Assembly: GCA_050749405.1 (NCBI GenBank) | Contig: JBOGRD010000002.1 | Location: 155,754 to 174,628 of the forward strand | Reading direction: 5' to 3' | From: Nitrosotalea sp. | GTDB lineage: Archaea; Thermoproteota; Nitrososphaeria; Nitrososphaerales; Nitrosopumilaceae | Length of the DNA: 18,875 bases | Shown: positions 8,258 through 15,762 of the stretch, in pieces | Numbering within the stretch: the first letter of the stretch is position 1 | Layout of the letters: every line of letters starts with the position of its first letter | The notes under the pieces: model-generated | Databases searched by the model: none | The model's input: only the letters and a program-made list of their open reading frames with translations | Told to the model about the DNA's origin: nothing | Position numbers and translations under genes: made by a program

Positions 8258-8743
8258 ATGCCTTACTCTCATAACGGTAAATATTTACACAGGCTTCACC
8301 GAGTGAGTTTGAAAATTTACTTGGTAAGACATCCAAAAGGCAAAGACAGCGATAAGAAATCAGGACCAAGTGATAACCCTGCAAAGGACACACCTCCTGA
8401 GGAACCACGTGCTATGGAGACTGACGAATCTAGGATAAAGAGCGGCCTTGACAAGGTGTTTTGGTTGCGCGTTGGTCTGGGCATACTAGCTGGAGCTATT
8501 TCTGCCATAATTGGAAAACCCATGGATCTGGATTCAAGAATATTTATAGGATTTGGAACCATGATCGCACTGTTCATAGTTTCATATGGAATTGCCAAGT
8601 CCCTTCGAGTACCACTGTTGCCATCAGACAAGAGAAAACTTATCATGACTGGTATTGGGAGCTACTTCCTGATGTTCATATTTAGTTGGATTCTGGTAAA
8701 TACCATAATCAATCCAGATGTTGGCATTGGAATAGTGCATTAG
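8258..8743 (+). CDS. Hypothetical integral membrane protein (about 3 TM helices, K/P/D-rich N-terminal tail)
   Basis: Hydrophobic segments: VFWLRVGLGILAGAISAIIG, IFIGFGTMIALFIVSYGIA, LIMTGIGSYFLMFIFSWILVNTII. The start is uncertain. ATG 8258 is the longest option. A TATA-like AAATATTTA at ~8279-8287 lies inside that extension and would favour TTG 8321 or ATG 8414. Confidence 0.55.
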   Translation: MPYSHNGKYLHRLHRVSLKIYLVRHPKGKDSDKKSGPSDNPAKDTPPEEPRAMETDESRIKSGLDKVFWLRVGLGILAGAISAIIGKPMDLDSRIFIGFGTMIALFIVSYGIAKSLRVPLLPSDKRKLIMTGIGSYFLMFIFSWILVNTIINPDVGIGIVH

Positions 8744-8783
8744 ACAAGCGCTAAATATCCAAAACGCCTTTTCACTTAATTAT

Positions 8784-9374
8784 ATGTGGAAATATAGAAC
8801 CCCTGGCATTCCAGATGAACTATTTGAAAGAGTAGAAGAGGTACCAATTACAAAAGAAGAAGTACGCACAGTACAAATTAGTAAAGGCAGGCTTGACCAG
8901 GGCCAAACTGTATATGACATTGGATGTGGAAGCGGGTCTGTATCAATAGAAGCTGCCCATCAAATAGGTGTAACAGGAAAAGTTTTTGCAATTGATTTTG
9001 ATCCAAAAGCAGTAGAACTTAGCAAGAAAAACCTATCAAAATTTGGGGTATCAAATGTTACAGTCATTTTAGGAAATGCGCTAGAAAAAATTTCAGAACT
9101 TCCTGTAGCTGATGTCATATTTATTGGGGGAACAGGAGGCGATACATCTGAGATACTAAAACTCTGTGAGGGAAAGCTCAAGCAAGGAGGGAGAATAGTG
9201 ATAGGAACCATTTTGATTGAGACCCTTTATTCTGTACTTTCAGCTATGGAAAAACTCCAATTTTCATCCGTTGATATCACTCAAGTTACAATATCCAAGA
9301 GCCGCAAGACATCTACTGGTACCATGATGCTAGCTAGAAATCCTGTCACCATAATCTCTGCAACAAAAATCTAG
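8784..9374 (+). CDS. cbiT: Cobalt-precorrin-6B C15-methyltransferase (decarboxylating)
   Basis: The N-terminal signature PGIPDELFERVEEVPITKEEVR is present, with the SAM-binding motif VYDIGCGSGSVSIE. At 196 aa the length is typical. TAAATAT lies ~30 bp upstream of the ATG. Confidence 0.88.
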   Translation: MWKYRTPGIPDELFERVEEVPITKEEVRTVQISKGRLDQGQTVYDIGCGSGSVSIEAAHQIGVTGKVFAIDFDPKAVELSKKNLSKFGVSNVTVILGNALEKISELPVADVIFIGGTGGDTSEILKLCEGKLKQGGRIVIGTILIETLYSVLSAMEKLQFSSVDITQVTISKSRKTSTGTMMLARNPVTIISATKI

Positions 9375-9487
9375 CCAATATCTTTCTATCATTGTCTAAT
9401 CAACGCCAAAATATGGATCTGAATACAAATTGCCTTCAAACAAATAATCAACAGAGCTTGCTATTCATAATCGACTTACACTATTTA

Positions 9488-9880
9488 TCAGACCGAAGGA
9501 TCTGATTTTAAAAATTCCTTCAGTTTGGAAACCGAGCCACCAAGATTCATAGTCTTTATTGCAAGGTTTGCCTGATCTTTTATCAATTCAGGACTTGATA
9601 TGACATCATCCAAAGAAAGCATACTCAGCTGCATATTCAGAGTTGTCAAGAATGGATCCCTCATTGCATTTCTGATCATGTTTAACAAATCATGGTCAAC
9701 TGGCGGCTCACTTGCTACTAGATTGTAGACATGCTGCATTTGATGGTAGGTATTGATTATTGAGCTTAATTCGTTTACCAAGTCCTTGGCACTGCCTCCG
9801 CTAGATTCGATACGCATTATATTTTTGTAAGATTCTAGAATCTTATCTAGAAGTGCCTTGAATTGTTCCATAGAGCTCAT
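9488..9880 (-). CDS. Hypothetical all-helical protein (130 aa), family not recognised
   Basis: A clean ATG-initiated ORF with no competing ORF on either strand. The composition looks helix-forming (MEQFKALLDKILESYKNIMRIE...). It lies antisense between cbiT and cbiL. Confidence 0.5.
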   Translation of the reverse strand: MSSMEQFKALLDKILESYKNIMRIESSGGSAKDLVNELSSIINTYHQMQHVYNLVASEPPVDHDLLNMIRNAMRDPFLTTLNMQLSMLSLDDVISSPELIKDQANLAIKTMNLGGSVSKLKEFLKSDPSV

Positions 9881-10115
9881 TACGTATGTGTTATCATTAT
9901 AAAAATCAGGGTCATATTAAGATCGGCAATAAAAGCAATCAAGTGGTTCCAATCTGGAAATATCAACAATAAAGCGTGTCTCAAAAATCATTCTTTTTGT
10001 ATTGCATGACTAGCTCCAAAAACAAAAAATGTTACACTGATTATTTTGCATATGCTATGAAACATATTTCCAAAAAATCTAGCTTTTAATTAGGTACCAC
10101 CACGACTTTCATTAA

Positions 10116-10838
10116 ATGGCTGAATTGACATGCGTTGGTTGTGGTCCAGGCGACCCGGATCTTCTTACCGTAAAGGCAGTAAAGGCCATTCAAAGTGCTG
10201 ACGTGATCATGTGCCCCACTTCAAGGGAAGGCAAAGAAAGCATTGCATACTCTATAATATCATCATTAGTTGATAATTCCAAAAAACCTGACATCATGAA
10301 CTTGGTATTTCCAATGGTAAAGGACAGGGAGACTTTGGAGAACACGTGGAAAACCAATGCACGCATAATAGCTGACAAAGTAAAAGATGGGAAAAACGTT
10401 GTATATCTTACAGTGGGAGATCCGTCACTATACAGTACATGGATTTACCTGCAACGTGAGCTCAAGTCAAAATATCCTGAGATCAAGATAACAGTGGTTC
10501 CTGGAATAGTATCCATGTTTGCTTTTGCATCCAAGGTGGGAATCAGCATAGCAGAAGGGGATGAAACGGTTGCCGTGATACCTGCGTGCTATGACCTTTC
10601 TAGAGTAAAAGAGACTGCAAAGAACTGTGATACCATGATATTTCTAAAAGATGGTAGGTATTTTGATCAGGTCATTGCGCTGCTAAGAGAGGCCGGCTTT
10701 CCTGACAGCTCACTTTTTGCCATAGCTCAAGACGTAGGAACAAATGAAGAAATTGTAAAGAAATTAACACTTGGCGAGGTCACAAAGGACACATTGACCA
10801 GCAAATATTTTTCAATCATGGTGGTAAAACGTGCATAA
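10116..10838 (+). CDS. cbiL: Cobalt-factor II / precorrin-2 C20-methyltransferase
   Basis: A tetrapyrrole methylase fold (VGCGPGDPDLLTVKAVKAIQSADVI, LTVGDPSLYST, VPGIVS). The FPM...W segment (LVFPMVKDRETLENTW) is characteristic of CbiL/CobI. The TATA-like CTTTTAATTAGG ~28 bp upstream of the ATG suggests a leaderless or short-leader mRNA. Confidence 0.82.
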   Translation: MAELTCVGCGPGDPDLLTVKAVKAIQSADVIMCPTSREGKESIAYSIISSLVDNSKKPDIMNLVFPMVKDRETLENTWKTNARIIADKVKDGKNVVYLTVGDPSLYSTWIYLQRELKSKYPEIKITVVPGIVSMFAFASKVGISIAEGDETVAVIPACYDLSRVKETAKNCDTMIFLKDGRYFDQVIALLREAGFPDSSLFAIAQDVGTNEEIVKKLTLGEVTKDTLTSKYFSIMVVKRA

Positions 10839-11598
10839 AGTATACTTTGTTGGCTGTGGTCCGGGTGATCCCGAACTGATTACAGTCAAGGCCAAAAAAT
10901 TAATCCAAAAAGCTGATGTGGTCGTATACTCTGGCTCGTTGATCCCGCCTGCGATAGTCAAGCTCTGTAAAAGAGCCGAACTGCATGATGCTGCAAAACT
11001 AGTAAGAGAAGACATTTTCAAGATTCTACGGAATAACGCATTGAAAGGAAAACTAGTTGTTAGATTACATGATGGCGATCCCTCAATCTATGGAGCGATA
11101 AGGGAGCAGACTGACAACCTCAAAAAGGAGGGAATAGGATTTGAGGTAGTTCCAGGAATTACTTCCTTCTTGGCATCTGCTGCAGCGTTAGGCTGTGAGC
11201 TTACACTCCCCGGTGTTACGCAAACCATAATTGTAACAAGGGCAGAATCACGAACCAAAGTTCCAACAAGAGAGAAAATTTCAGAGCTTGCCAAGCACAA
11301 AGCTACCATGATATTCTATCTGAGTGTTCATCTCATATCAGATATTGTTAAGGAAGCCATCAAGGGAGGATATCCCAAGTCAACTCCTGTAGCAGCTGTA
11401 TATCGAGCAAGCTGGAGCGATGAAAAAATAATAAGAGGGACACTTGAAAACATTGCAAAAAAAATCAGAGATGAAAAAATTACAAAAACTGCAATCATAA
11501 TTATCGGTGAAATTGTAAACCCAAAGCACTATGAATATTCTAGACTATATGACAAAACTTTCAGCCATGGATACCGAAAGGCAAAAGTAATTTCATAG
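10831..11598 (+). CDS. cbiF: Cobalt-precorrin-4 C11-methyltransferase
   Basis: VYFVGCGPGDPELITVKA...ADVVVYSGSLIPP and VVRLHDGDPSIYGAIREQ match CbiF/CobM. The GTG start overlaps the cbiL 3' end by 8 nt. Confidence 0.88.
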   Translation: MHKVYFVGCGPGDPELITVKAKKLIQKADVVVYSGSLIPPAIVKLCKRAELHDAAKLVREDIFKILRNNALKGKLVVRLHDGDPSIYGAIREQTDNLKKEGIGFEVVPGITSFLASAAALGCELTLPGVTQTIIVTRAESRTKVPTREKISELAKHKATMIFYLSVHLISDIVKEAIKGGYPKSTPVAAVYRASWSDEKIIRGTLENIAKKIRDEKITKTAIIIIGEIVNPKHYEYSRLYDKTFSHGYRKAKVIS

Positions 11599-11608
11599 CG
11601 TGAGTAAT

Positions 11609-11626
11609 GTAACTGTTACCTTTTTT
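11609..11626 (+). terminator. Candidate cbiF terminator: GTAAC-T-GTTAC palindrome followed by T6
   Basis: GTAACTGTTAC occupies 11609-11619, followed by C and TTTTTT at 11621-11626, 11 nt after the cbiF stop. Archaeal termination typically uses oligo-T tracts. Confidence 0.4.
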
Positions 11627-11908
11627 CTATTTGCTTGTCATATAATTCAAATAAAAAATTGGGAGAGGGTTTTTTGGTTTCACCCAAATCCCCTTTCTTA
11701 TTTTGCGTGTAAGAATGGATCCTGTCTTGGTCATGTGTGAGCCGAGACACCACTCAACTCGTACCCGTACACTATATGAAGTTCAAGCATTAGATAGTAC
11801 ATTTCATTTTCATACCTTTTATGAAACATTGAATAAAACTTACCAGATTAGAGATGAATCAACATTTCACCGTCAGAGATGCTTTTCAAATTTGGGATTT
11901 TAACAATA

Positions 11909-12106
11909 TTAGGTATATTCAATTATTCTGCCTGTTTGATCATCTATTTTTACATACCTGGTTTCCTTGCTTGTAATTCCGATATTTACTTTGACTATCA
12001 AAAATTTATCTTTGCGAACAACTCCTTCTGGGAAAACATTGGAGCGATGCTGTTCAAAAAATCTATAAGCTATATTCATTGCTGCGGCTTCATCTACTCT
12101 ACTCAA
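11909..12106 (-). CDS. Small PepSY-like protein (65 aa), paralogue of 13022-13246
   Basis: The C-terminus RYVKIDDQTGRIIEYT aligns with RVKVDAETGRILGYT of the other small ORF. The N-terminal VDEAAAMNIAYRFFEQ aligns with VDSAQVKEMVRSFLAQ. The start is TTG (complement of 12104-12106), and because the alignment extends upstream of the first internal ATG it supports that TTG. Confidence 0.55.
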   Translation of the reverse strand: MSRVDEAAAMNIAYRFFEQHRSNVFPEGVVRKDKFLIVKVNIGITSKETRYVKIDDQTGRIIEYT

Positions 12107-12337
12107 TTTGATGTGGCATCTCCTCTATACGCACGTGTACCTACCATGCAAGTGCTACGTGAACATGATACAAAAGTATCAGTTCCAAGCGTCTCGATGG
12201 AATTGGGGGGAAAAAAGTTGTATTGCCATCACATAATCCCAAATAAAGTCACTTTGATTGCTAAAGTGGTTTGTTTTAACTTGAATTGAATTTGAAAATA
12301 GTTGACAGATATCAAAACTATTGGCGCGAATTTGACA

Positions 12338-12817
12338 TTAGAGCCTGTCAATTATATATAGTGGGATTGAGGTCTTTGTTCCCACTATTTCCACAATCTC
12401 AGTCCATATCACATCTTTAATCCCACTAATACCCTTTAGTAACTCTAACATTCTTAATATTTCGCCATTGTCTTTTAGGATGGTTTCCACCCTCAAGTCT
12501 ATAGTGTGCTGTCCTATGCTCTTTCCAACATATATTATCTCATCACGTTTTAAAAGCATCTTACCAATAGCATCAGTCCTACCGCTTTCTGTCGCAATGA
12601 GAAAATCAACCTTGTGCCAGCCAAACTTTGCCAAGTCAAGAGTATACACCACTTTCAAGAATTCTTTTTCTAGTCGCTTGCGCCTTCTCTGGACGGTCGT
12701 AGCAGGCAGCCCAAGTCTCTTTGCTAGCGTCTTGGAAGAAAGTTTGCCATTAGGAGCAAGAAGTATTTTCAAGATCTTTCTGTCTATTTGTGTTAATGTA
12801 ATATTCTTGCTACTCAT
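12338..12817 (-). CDS. Lrp/AsnC-family transcriptional regulator (N-terminal wHTH + C-terminal RAM-like domain)
   Basis: LTQIDRKILKILLAPNGKLSSKTLAKRLGLPATTVQRRRKRLEKE is a classic Lrp/AsnC HTH. It is followed by a ~80-aa alpha/beta effector domain. ATG start. Confidence 0.85.
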   Translation of the reverse strand: MSSKNITLTQIDRKILKILLAPNGKLSSKTLAKRLGLPATTVQRRRKRLEKEFLKVVYTLDLAKFGWHKVDFLIATESGRTDAIGKMLLKRDEIIYVGKSIGQHTIDLRVETILKDNGEILRMLELLKGISGIKDVIWTEIVEIVGTKTSIPLYIIDRL

Positions 12818-12986
12818 GTTTGCATCTAACTATTAATCCATCATGTAAAACTGGGATTATATCAGGAAATGTCCCAATATGCATACAATTATAATACAAT
12901 CCGCTAAATATATGGTTTTTTAATCCATTATTCTCTTATTAGTGGATAAAAATGAAATGATGTTCTGGATTGATCTGCCACAGGTT

Positions 12987-12999
12987 TTTTATATAAAAA
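12987..12999 (+). promoter_or_regulatory. Strong archaeal TATA box for the 13022 gene
   Basis: TTTTATATAAAAA is centred ~28 bp upstream of ATG 13022, a spacing consistent with a leaderless transcript. Confidence 0.45.
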
Positions 13000-13021
13000 T
13001 CACTAATAATATTTTACTGAA

Positions 13022-13246
13022 ATGGCTCCTACAATCGATGCTGTTGATTCTGCCCAAGTTAAAGAAATGGTAAGGAGTTTTTTGGCACAAGGTAATGTGG
13101 TTTATGATGTTAGAGTGCTCACGTTAGAAGACCATATTTGGACTGCTGAAGCAGAAGTTTCGTTATATGGTATAACTCGTATTAAAAGAGTAAAAGTGGA
13201 TGCAGAAACAGGCAGAATCTTGGGGTATACAAGCCTAAAATTATAA
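13022..13246 (+). CDS. Small PepSY-like protein (74 aa), paralogue of 11909-12106
   Basis: ATG start with a strong upstream TATA. The C-terminal VKVDAETGRILGYT resembles the PepSY-domain terminal strand motif (v.vDa.tG.i). It is a paralogue of the other small ORF flanking the Lrp gene. Confidence 0.6.
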   Translation: MAPTIDAVDSAQVKEMVRSFLAQGNVVYDVRVLTLEDHIWTAEAEVSLYGITRIKRVKVDAETGRILGYTSLKL

Positions 13247-13486
13247 AATCAACCATCAATAAGTTTCATTTACATCCGACGGTTTTTTACAGGTTAAAGA
13301 TCCGACGCAGATTATACAGAACCCAAAAGAGGATTCTGACGGCACGACTGTTTGATGGATTTTATGGCATACAATTACTAGATGAGAGTTTATTTGCAAG
13401 AAAAAAGTGTGGTTATACTGTTATTATCTAAGGAGAGGCGATCAGAAGAAGATCACGATCAACCGAAGAGGTAACACAACCTCATT

Positions 13487-14242
13487 TCATAACTGAAATA
13501 CTTTGTTCCTAATTCCCAATTTTTGCAGCTTTTCTTGAAAATCTTTGATATCTCCAGATGCAAAGATCTTTAATTTATGTCCACTTGATTTCTTATTCTT
13601 TAGTAGAATTGCAATCTTATCGGCTATGGCATCAGCAGGATCAAGGAACGTTACACTGGGAAAAGTTTTCTTTAGCATTGGTAGAAGAAATGGGAGATGT
13701 GTACTAGATAAGGTCACGACATCAACCTCCTCCTTCTGAATTTGTTGCAGAACATCTCTAATCTTTTTTTTGCAAAACTCTTTTTTAGAAATAAATTTTC
13801 CAGATTCTACAAGCTCCACAAGTGGTGATATGTTAATCTTAATCACTCTAATTCCTTTGGGAACTTGTTTTTTGATGTGGTTTTGTAATTTCTTACTTTC
13901 AACAACTGATTTGGTGGCAAGAATTGCTATTGAATTTGTAATTGTCTTCCCTGCAGCATCTTCTAATGGTGGATAAACCCATAAAATTTTTGATTGTTTT
14001 TTTAGGTTTAGCAAAAGCGAAGGCGTGTTTGAAGCAACCACTATCAAATCGGGCTCGAATTTTTCTTCCAATTTTCTAATGGTTGACTTGATAACCTTTC
14101 TTAATTCACTAATAGATTTTGTACCATATGGAAAATTGTCTTGATCAGCAAAATAGATAATTTCAGTTTTAATCTTTTTTTGAATTGGTTTTATTATGGA
14201 AAGGGAACCTAAACCAGAATCAAACACTGCTATCCTTGGCAC
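13487..14242 (-). CDS. Glutamate racemase-like (Asp/Glu racemase superfamily) protein lacking both catalytic cysteines
   Basis: MurI-type motifs are present: IAVFDSGLGSLS (for IGVFDSGVGGLT), YFADQDNFPYG, and VVASNTPS and LSSTHLPFL at the positions of ACNTAS and GCTHYP. GTG start (complement of 14240-14242). Confidence 0.8.
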   Translation of the reverse strand: MPRIAVFDSGLGSLSIIKPIQKKIKTEIIYFADQDNFPYGTKSISELRKVIKSTIRKLEEKFEPDLIVVASNTPSLLLNLKKQSKILWVYPPLEDAAGKTITNSIAILATKSVVESKKLQNHIKKQVPKGIRVIKINISPLVELVESGKFISKKEFCKKKIRDVLQQIQKEEVDVVTLSSTHLPFLLPMLKKTFPSVTFLDPADAIADKIAILLKNKKSSGHKLKIFASGDIKDFQEKLQKLGIRNKVFQL

Positions 14243-14346
14243 AATTTCAAACTAATTCTCACAGATTTATTTTGTGAGCTTAATTTAGCCTAAAGTTGAC
14301 GATAATATACACCGGCTATTAAGAACTAACTTTCAAACTAGCAGCC

Positions 14347-14988
14347 ATGACCGGCTTCGATAAGACCTGGACTCGTCCCGAGTCTGCAGGTTTAAGCGAA
14401 AAATTACGTGAAACTGTAAAACCACAGGGTGCACTCAAACCTAGAATTGAGGGCGCTGTGAACAAATTACAGGGTCAGATATCGAAGATGGATTCTATGC
14501 TGACAAAGCTGAGACAAAGAGATGAACAGCTTTTCAAGCGAATCGTAACCGCCATGCAACAGCACGATGCGAGCACAAGCAGAGTTCTGTCCAACGAGCT
14601 TGCCGAGATAAGAAAGGTCACAAAAATGCTAGGAAACGCCAGAATGGCACTAGAGCAAGTACAATTGCGTCTAACAACAATACACGACCTAGGAGACGCA
14701 ATGGTAGCAATAGCTCCTGCAATGTCTACAATGAAGGGACTCAAATCATCCCTTGGAAGATTTATGCCAGAGGCAGATTCCGAACTGAACTCTATGACCC
14801 AGACACTCAATGGACTAATGATGGACTCGCTGGCAGGAGGAGACTTTAACGTAGACTCTGACGTATCAAGCGAAGAGACAGACAAGATACTCCAAGAGGC
14901 ATCCGCAGTTGCAGAACAGCAAATCGGCGACAGATTCCCATCAGTTCCATCACCCTCCGGCGTATCGTCACAATCAACATACGAGTAG
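14347..14988 (+). CDS. cdvB: ESCRT-III / Snf7-family cell-division protein (CdvB paralogue)
   Basis: The 213-aa helical protein has the Snf7-like core (LEQVQLRLTTIHDLGDAMVAIAPAMSTMKGLKSSL...). It has an acidic C-terminal region and a proline-rich tail, DRFPSVPSPSG. Thaumarchaeota divide with Cdv proteins. ATAATATA lies ~40 bp upstream. Confidence 0.85.
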   Translation: MTGFDKTWTRPESAGLSEKLRETVKPQGALKPRIEGAVNKLQGQISKMDSMLTKLRQRDEQLFKRIVTAMQQHDASTSRVLSNELAEIRKVTKMLGNARMALEQVQLRLTTIHDLGDAMVAIAPAMSTMKGLKSSLGRFMPEADSELNSMTQTLNGLMMDSLAGGDFNVDSDVSSEETDKILQEASAVAEQQIGDRFPSVPSPSGVSSQSTYE

Positions 14989-15020
14989 GGGAAACTCGGA
15001 TGGGGAAATGGACGAGAACG

Positions 15021-15043
15021 TCTCTTTTTATATTGTAAAGAGA
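15021..15043. terminator. Candidate bidirectional terminator hairpin between convergent cdvB and the UDG gene
   Basis: TCTCTTT (15021-15027) pairs with AAAGAGA (15037-15043) around a 9-nt loop. A T5 run at 15025-15029 lies on the plus strand. Confidence 0.35.
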
Positions 15044-15079
15044 TCCTGATTCTCTTAACCAGCTATGATCTCATAAATT

Positions 15080-15742
15080 TCATTTATTGTCTAGAAACTT
15101 TCTTGCCTTTACAAATATCGCTGACCACTGTTTCCATGTCAGGCGTCCTGTCTGGGTATTTTGTCTACTTGGATGGTATGAGCATATTATTGTCAAATGC
15201 TGGTGTGTAAATGATTTGCCATGGGAAAAACCAACGCCCTTTATGTGCAACAATTTGCAACATGTATCAAAGGCTATCCTTCCAAGGCATACTATTACCC
15301 TGACTTCTTTTAGCAAAGAAAACTCGTTTATCAAATAGGGAAAACAGTTTTCAAACTCTTCTTTCGTGGGCTTGTTTTTTGGTGGCGCGCACCTGACCGA
15401 TGCGGTGATATATGCATCAACTAGTCTGAGCCCATCATCAGCCCTAAGACTTGTTGGCTGTGAAGCAAAACCATTCTCATAAAGTGCTTTGGCAACCCAG
15501 TCCCCTGAGCTGTCTCCAGTAAACATCCTTCCCGTCCTGTTTCCACCGTGAGCAGCCGGGGCAAGTCCTATGATAAATAACCGTGCGTGAAAATCTCCAA
15601 AACCGGTAAGAGGCCTTCCCCAATATTTTTCATTATTGAACCGCTTTACTTTCTCATCTGAGACTTTTCTAATATAGGATGCAAGTCTAGTACACTTTTT
15701 GCATTTTATTATATCTGAATTCAGGCTTTGAAGAGATTGCAT
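15080..15742 (-). CDS. Uracil-DNA glycosylase, family 5 (UDGb-type) with a 4Fe-4S cluster
   Basis: Motif A is GLAPAAHGGNRTGRMFTGD. GLAPA is the family-5 variant of the family-4 GEAPG. Fe-S cysteines are CKKC...C(118)-x14-C(133). The HPS motif lies near the C-terminus (SYHPSRQN). Confidence 0.85.
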   Translation of the reverse strand: MQSLQSLNSDIIKCKKCTRLASYIRKVSDEKVKRFNNEKYWGRPLTGFGDFHARLFIIGLAPAAHGGNRTGRMFTGDSSGDWVAKALYENGFASQPTSLRADDGLRLVDAYITASVRCAPPKNKPTKEEFENCFPYLINEFSLLKEVRVIVCLGRIAFDTCCKLLHIKGVGFSHGKSFTHQHLTIICSYHPSRQNTQTGRLTWKQWSAIFVKARKFLDNK

Positions 15743-15762
15743 TCAAAACTCGACTTGTTATG

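Noticed and set aside
9881-10115. A possible cobalamin riboswitch in the 235-bp region upstream of cbiL
   Set aside because: I could not find the conserved B12-box or a GC-rich multi-helix core. The region is very AT-rich, cobalamin riboswitches are essentially bacterial, and the TATA-to-ATG spacing suggests a leaderless mRNA.
11703-11903. A 66-aa plus-strand ORF (TTG start) in the cbiF-downstream spacer
   Set aside because: It has a His/Arg/Thr-rich composition with no motif or hydrophobic core and a TTG start without promoter context. The region is better treated as a non-coding or ncRNA candidate.
11879-12289. A 136-aa plus-strand ORF (MLFKFGILTILGIFNYSACLIIYFY...)
   Set aside because: It has no recognisable motif and an odd Phe/Ile/Cys-rich composition. 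It lies antisense to the 65-aa ORF, which has a clear paralogue at 13022-13246, so I judge the minus-strand gene to be the real one.
13247-13486. A 240-bp convergent spacer with the direct repeat ATCCGACG (x2) and small hairpins such as GAGGT-AACACA-ACCTC at 13468-13483
   Set aside because: These are short motifs at chance level. There is no extended structure, no ORF and no T-tract association that I could support.
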